A stretch of DNA of 64,000 nt from Nitrosopumilus sp. Its GTDB lineage: Archaea > Thermoproteota > Nitrososphaeria > Nitrososphaerales > Nitrosopumilaceae. Positions 63,605 to 64,000 of the stretch are shown one piece after another. The notes under the pieces are model-generated. The model was not told the origin of the DNA and did not search any database. It saw only the letters and a program-made list of their open reading frames with translations. Numbering within the stretch: the first letter of the stretch is position 1; each line of letters begins with the position of its first letter. The position numbers and the translations under genes were made by a program. The stretch is from positions 1,536,001 to 1,600,000 of the forward strand of contig OZ241857.1 in the NCBI GenBank assembly GCA_965203315.1. The letters are read 5' to 3'.

Positions 63605-64000
63605 TCACTCCATCATCTTTAGGGTGTCTGATGCGGTAATTATCCCAACTATCTTTGTCTTTTGTGATACTAGTATACACTTTGAGTATCGTATCAACGG
63701 AACTAGAACATTTGCTGGTGTGCTCCAATCGACTATCGGCGGAACTGGATCCATCATCTCTTCTAGGCGAGCCTCTTTCAACTCACTCTCTCCTAGATCA
63801 GAGAGATATCTCACTATGCTGTCTTCTGAGACTAGACCCACTACATCTTTGCCATCAAAGATCGGGATCTGGCTTATTGACGCCTTGTGCATCTTTTTAA
63901 TCGCGTCATGTAGAGTATTGGTTGGTTTTAGTCTCACTATGTCTCTGCAACAAAAGTCTCCTGCGGTGTGGGCTGCAGACTCGCCCTCTAGTTTTGCTAA
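63605..64000 (-). CDS. CBS-domain protein (probably HTH-CBS regulator), 5' end outside window
   Basis: ISQIPI, VGIITASD CBS pair; frame open to window edge. Confidence 0.8.
   Translation of the reverse strand, partial: LAKLEGESAAHTAGDFCCRDIVRLKPTNTLHDAIKKMHKASISQIPIFDGKDVVGLVSEDSIVRYLSDLGESELKEARLEEMMDPVPPIVDWSTPANVLVPLIRYSKCILVSQKTKIVGIITASDTLKMME

Overview
AT-rich archaeal chromosome segment from an ammonia-oxidising Nitrososphaerota (Nitrosopumilaceae-like). The evidence is tetraether synthase, ADP-forming 4-hydroxybutyrate-CoA ligase, 4-hydroxybutyryl-CoA dehydratase, methylmalonyl-CoA mutase/epimerase (HP/HB carbon-fixation cycle), pelota, prefoldin and FtsY. The core genes are interspersed with a very heavy load of insertion sequences (IS110/IS1111, ISL2-like IS5, IS903-like IS5, ISH3/IS4-like, IS6, IS1595) and MITEs. 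Several are nested, and they disrupt rnhB, an AbiEii toxin, a DUF5131 gene and each other. The most informative signals are: (i) an IS1111-type element whose downstream non-coding end folds into a two-loop bridge/seekRNA with guides matching its own insertion site and its own circle junction; (ii) a glycosyltransferase frameshifted at a C10 tract (possible phase variation); (iii) an unannotated C/D-box sRNA predicted to guide Cm34 of tRNA-Leu(CAA); (iv) a 1104-aa HEPN-like protein with a split, inverted paralog; (v) a TIR-domain cassette bracketed by a 207-bp direct repeat. No CRISPR array, tRNA or rRNA was seen. All family assignments come from motif recognition by eye, not database searches.
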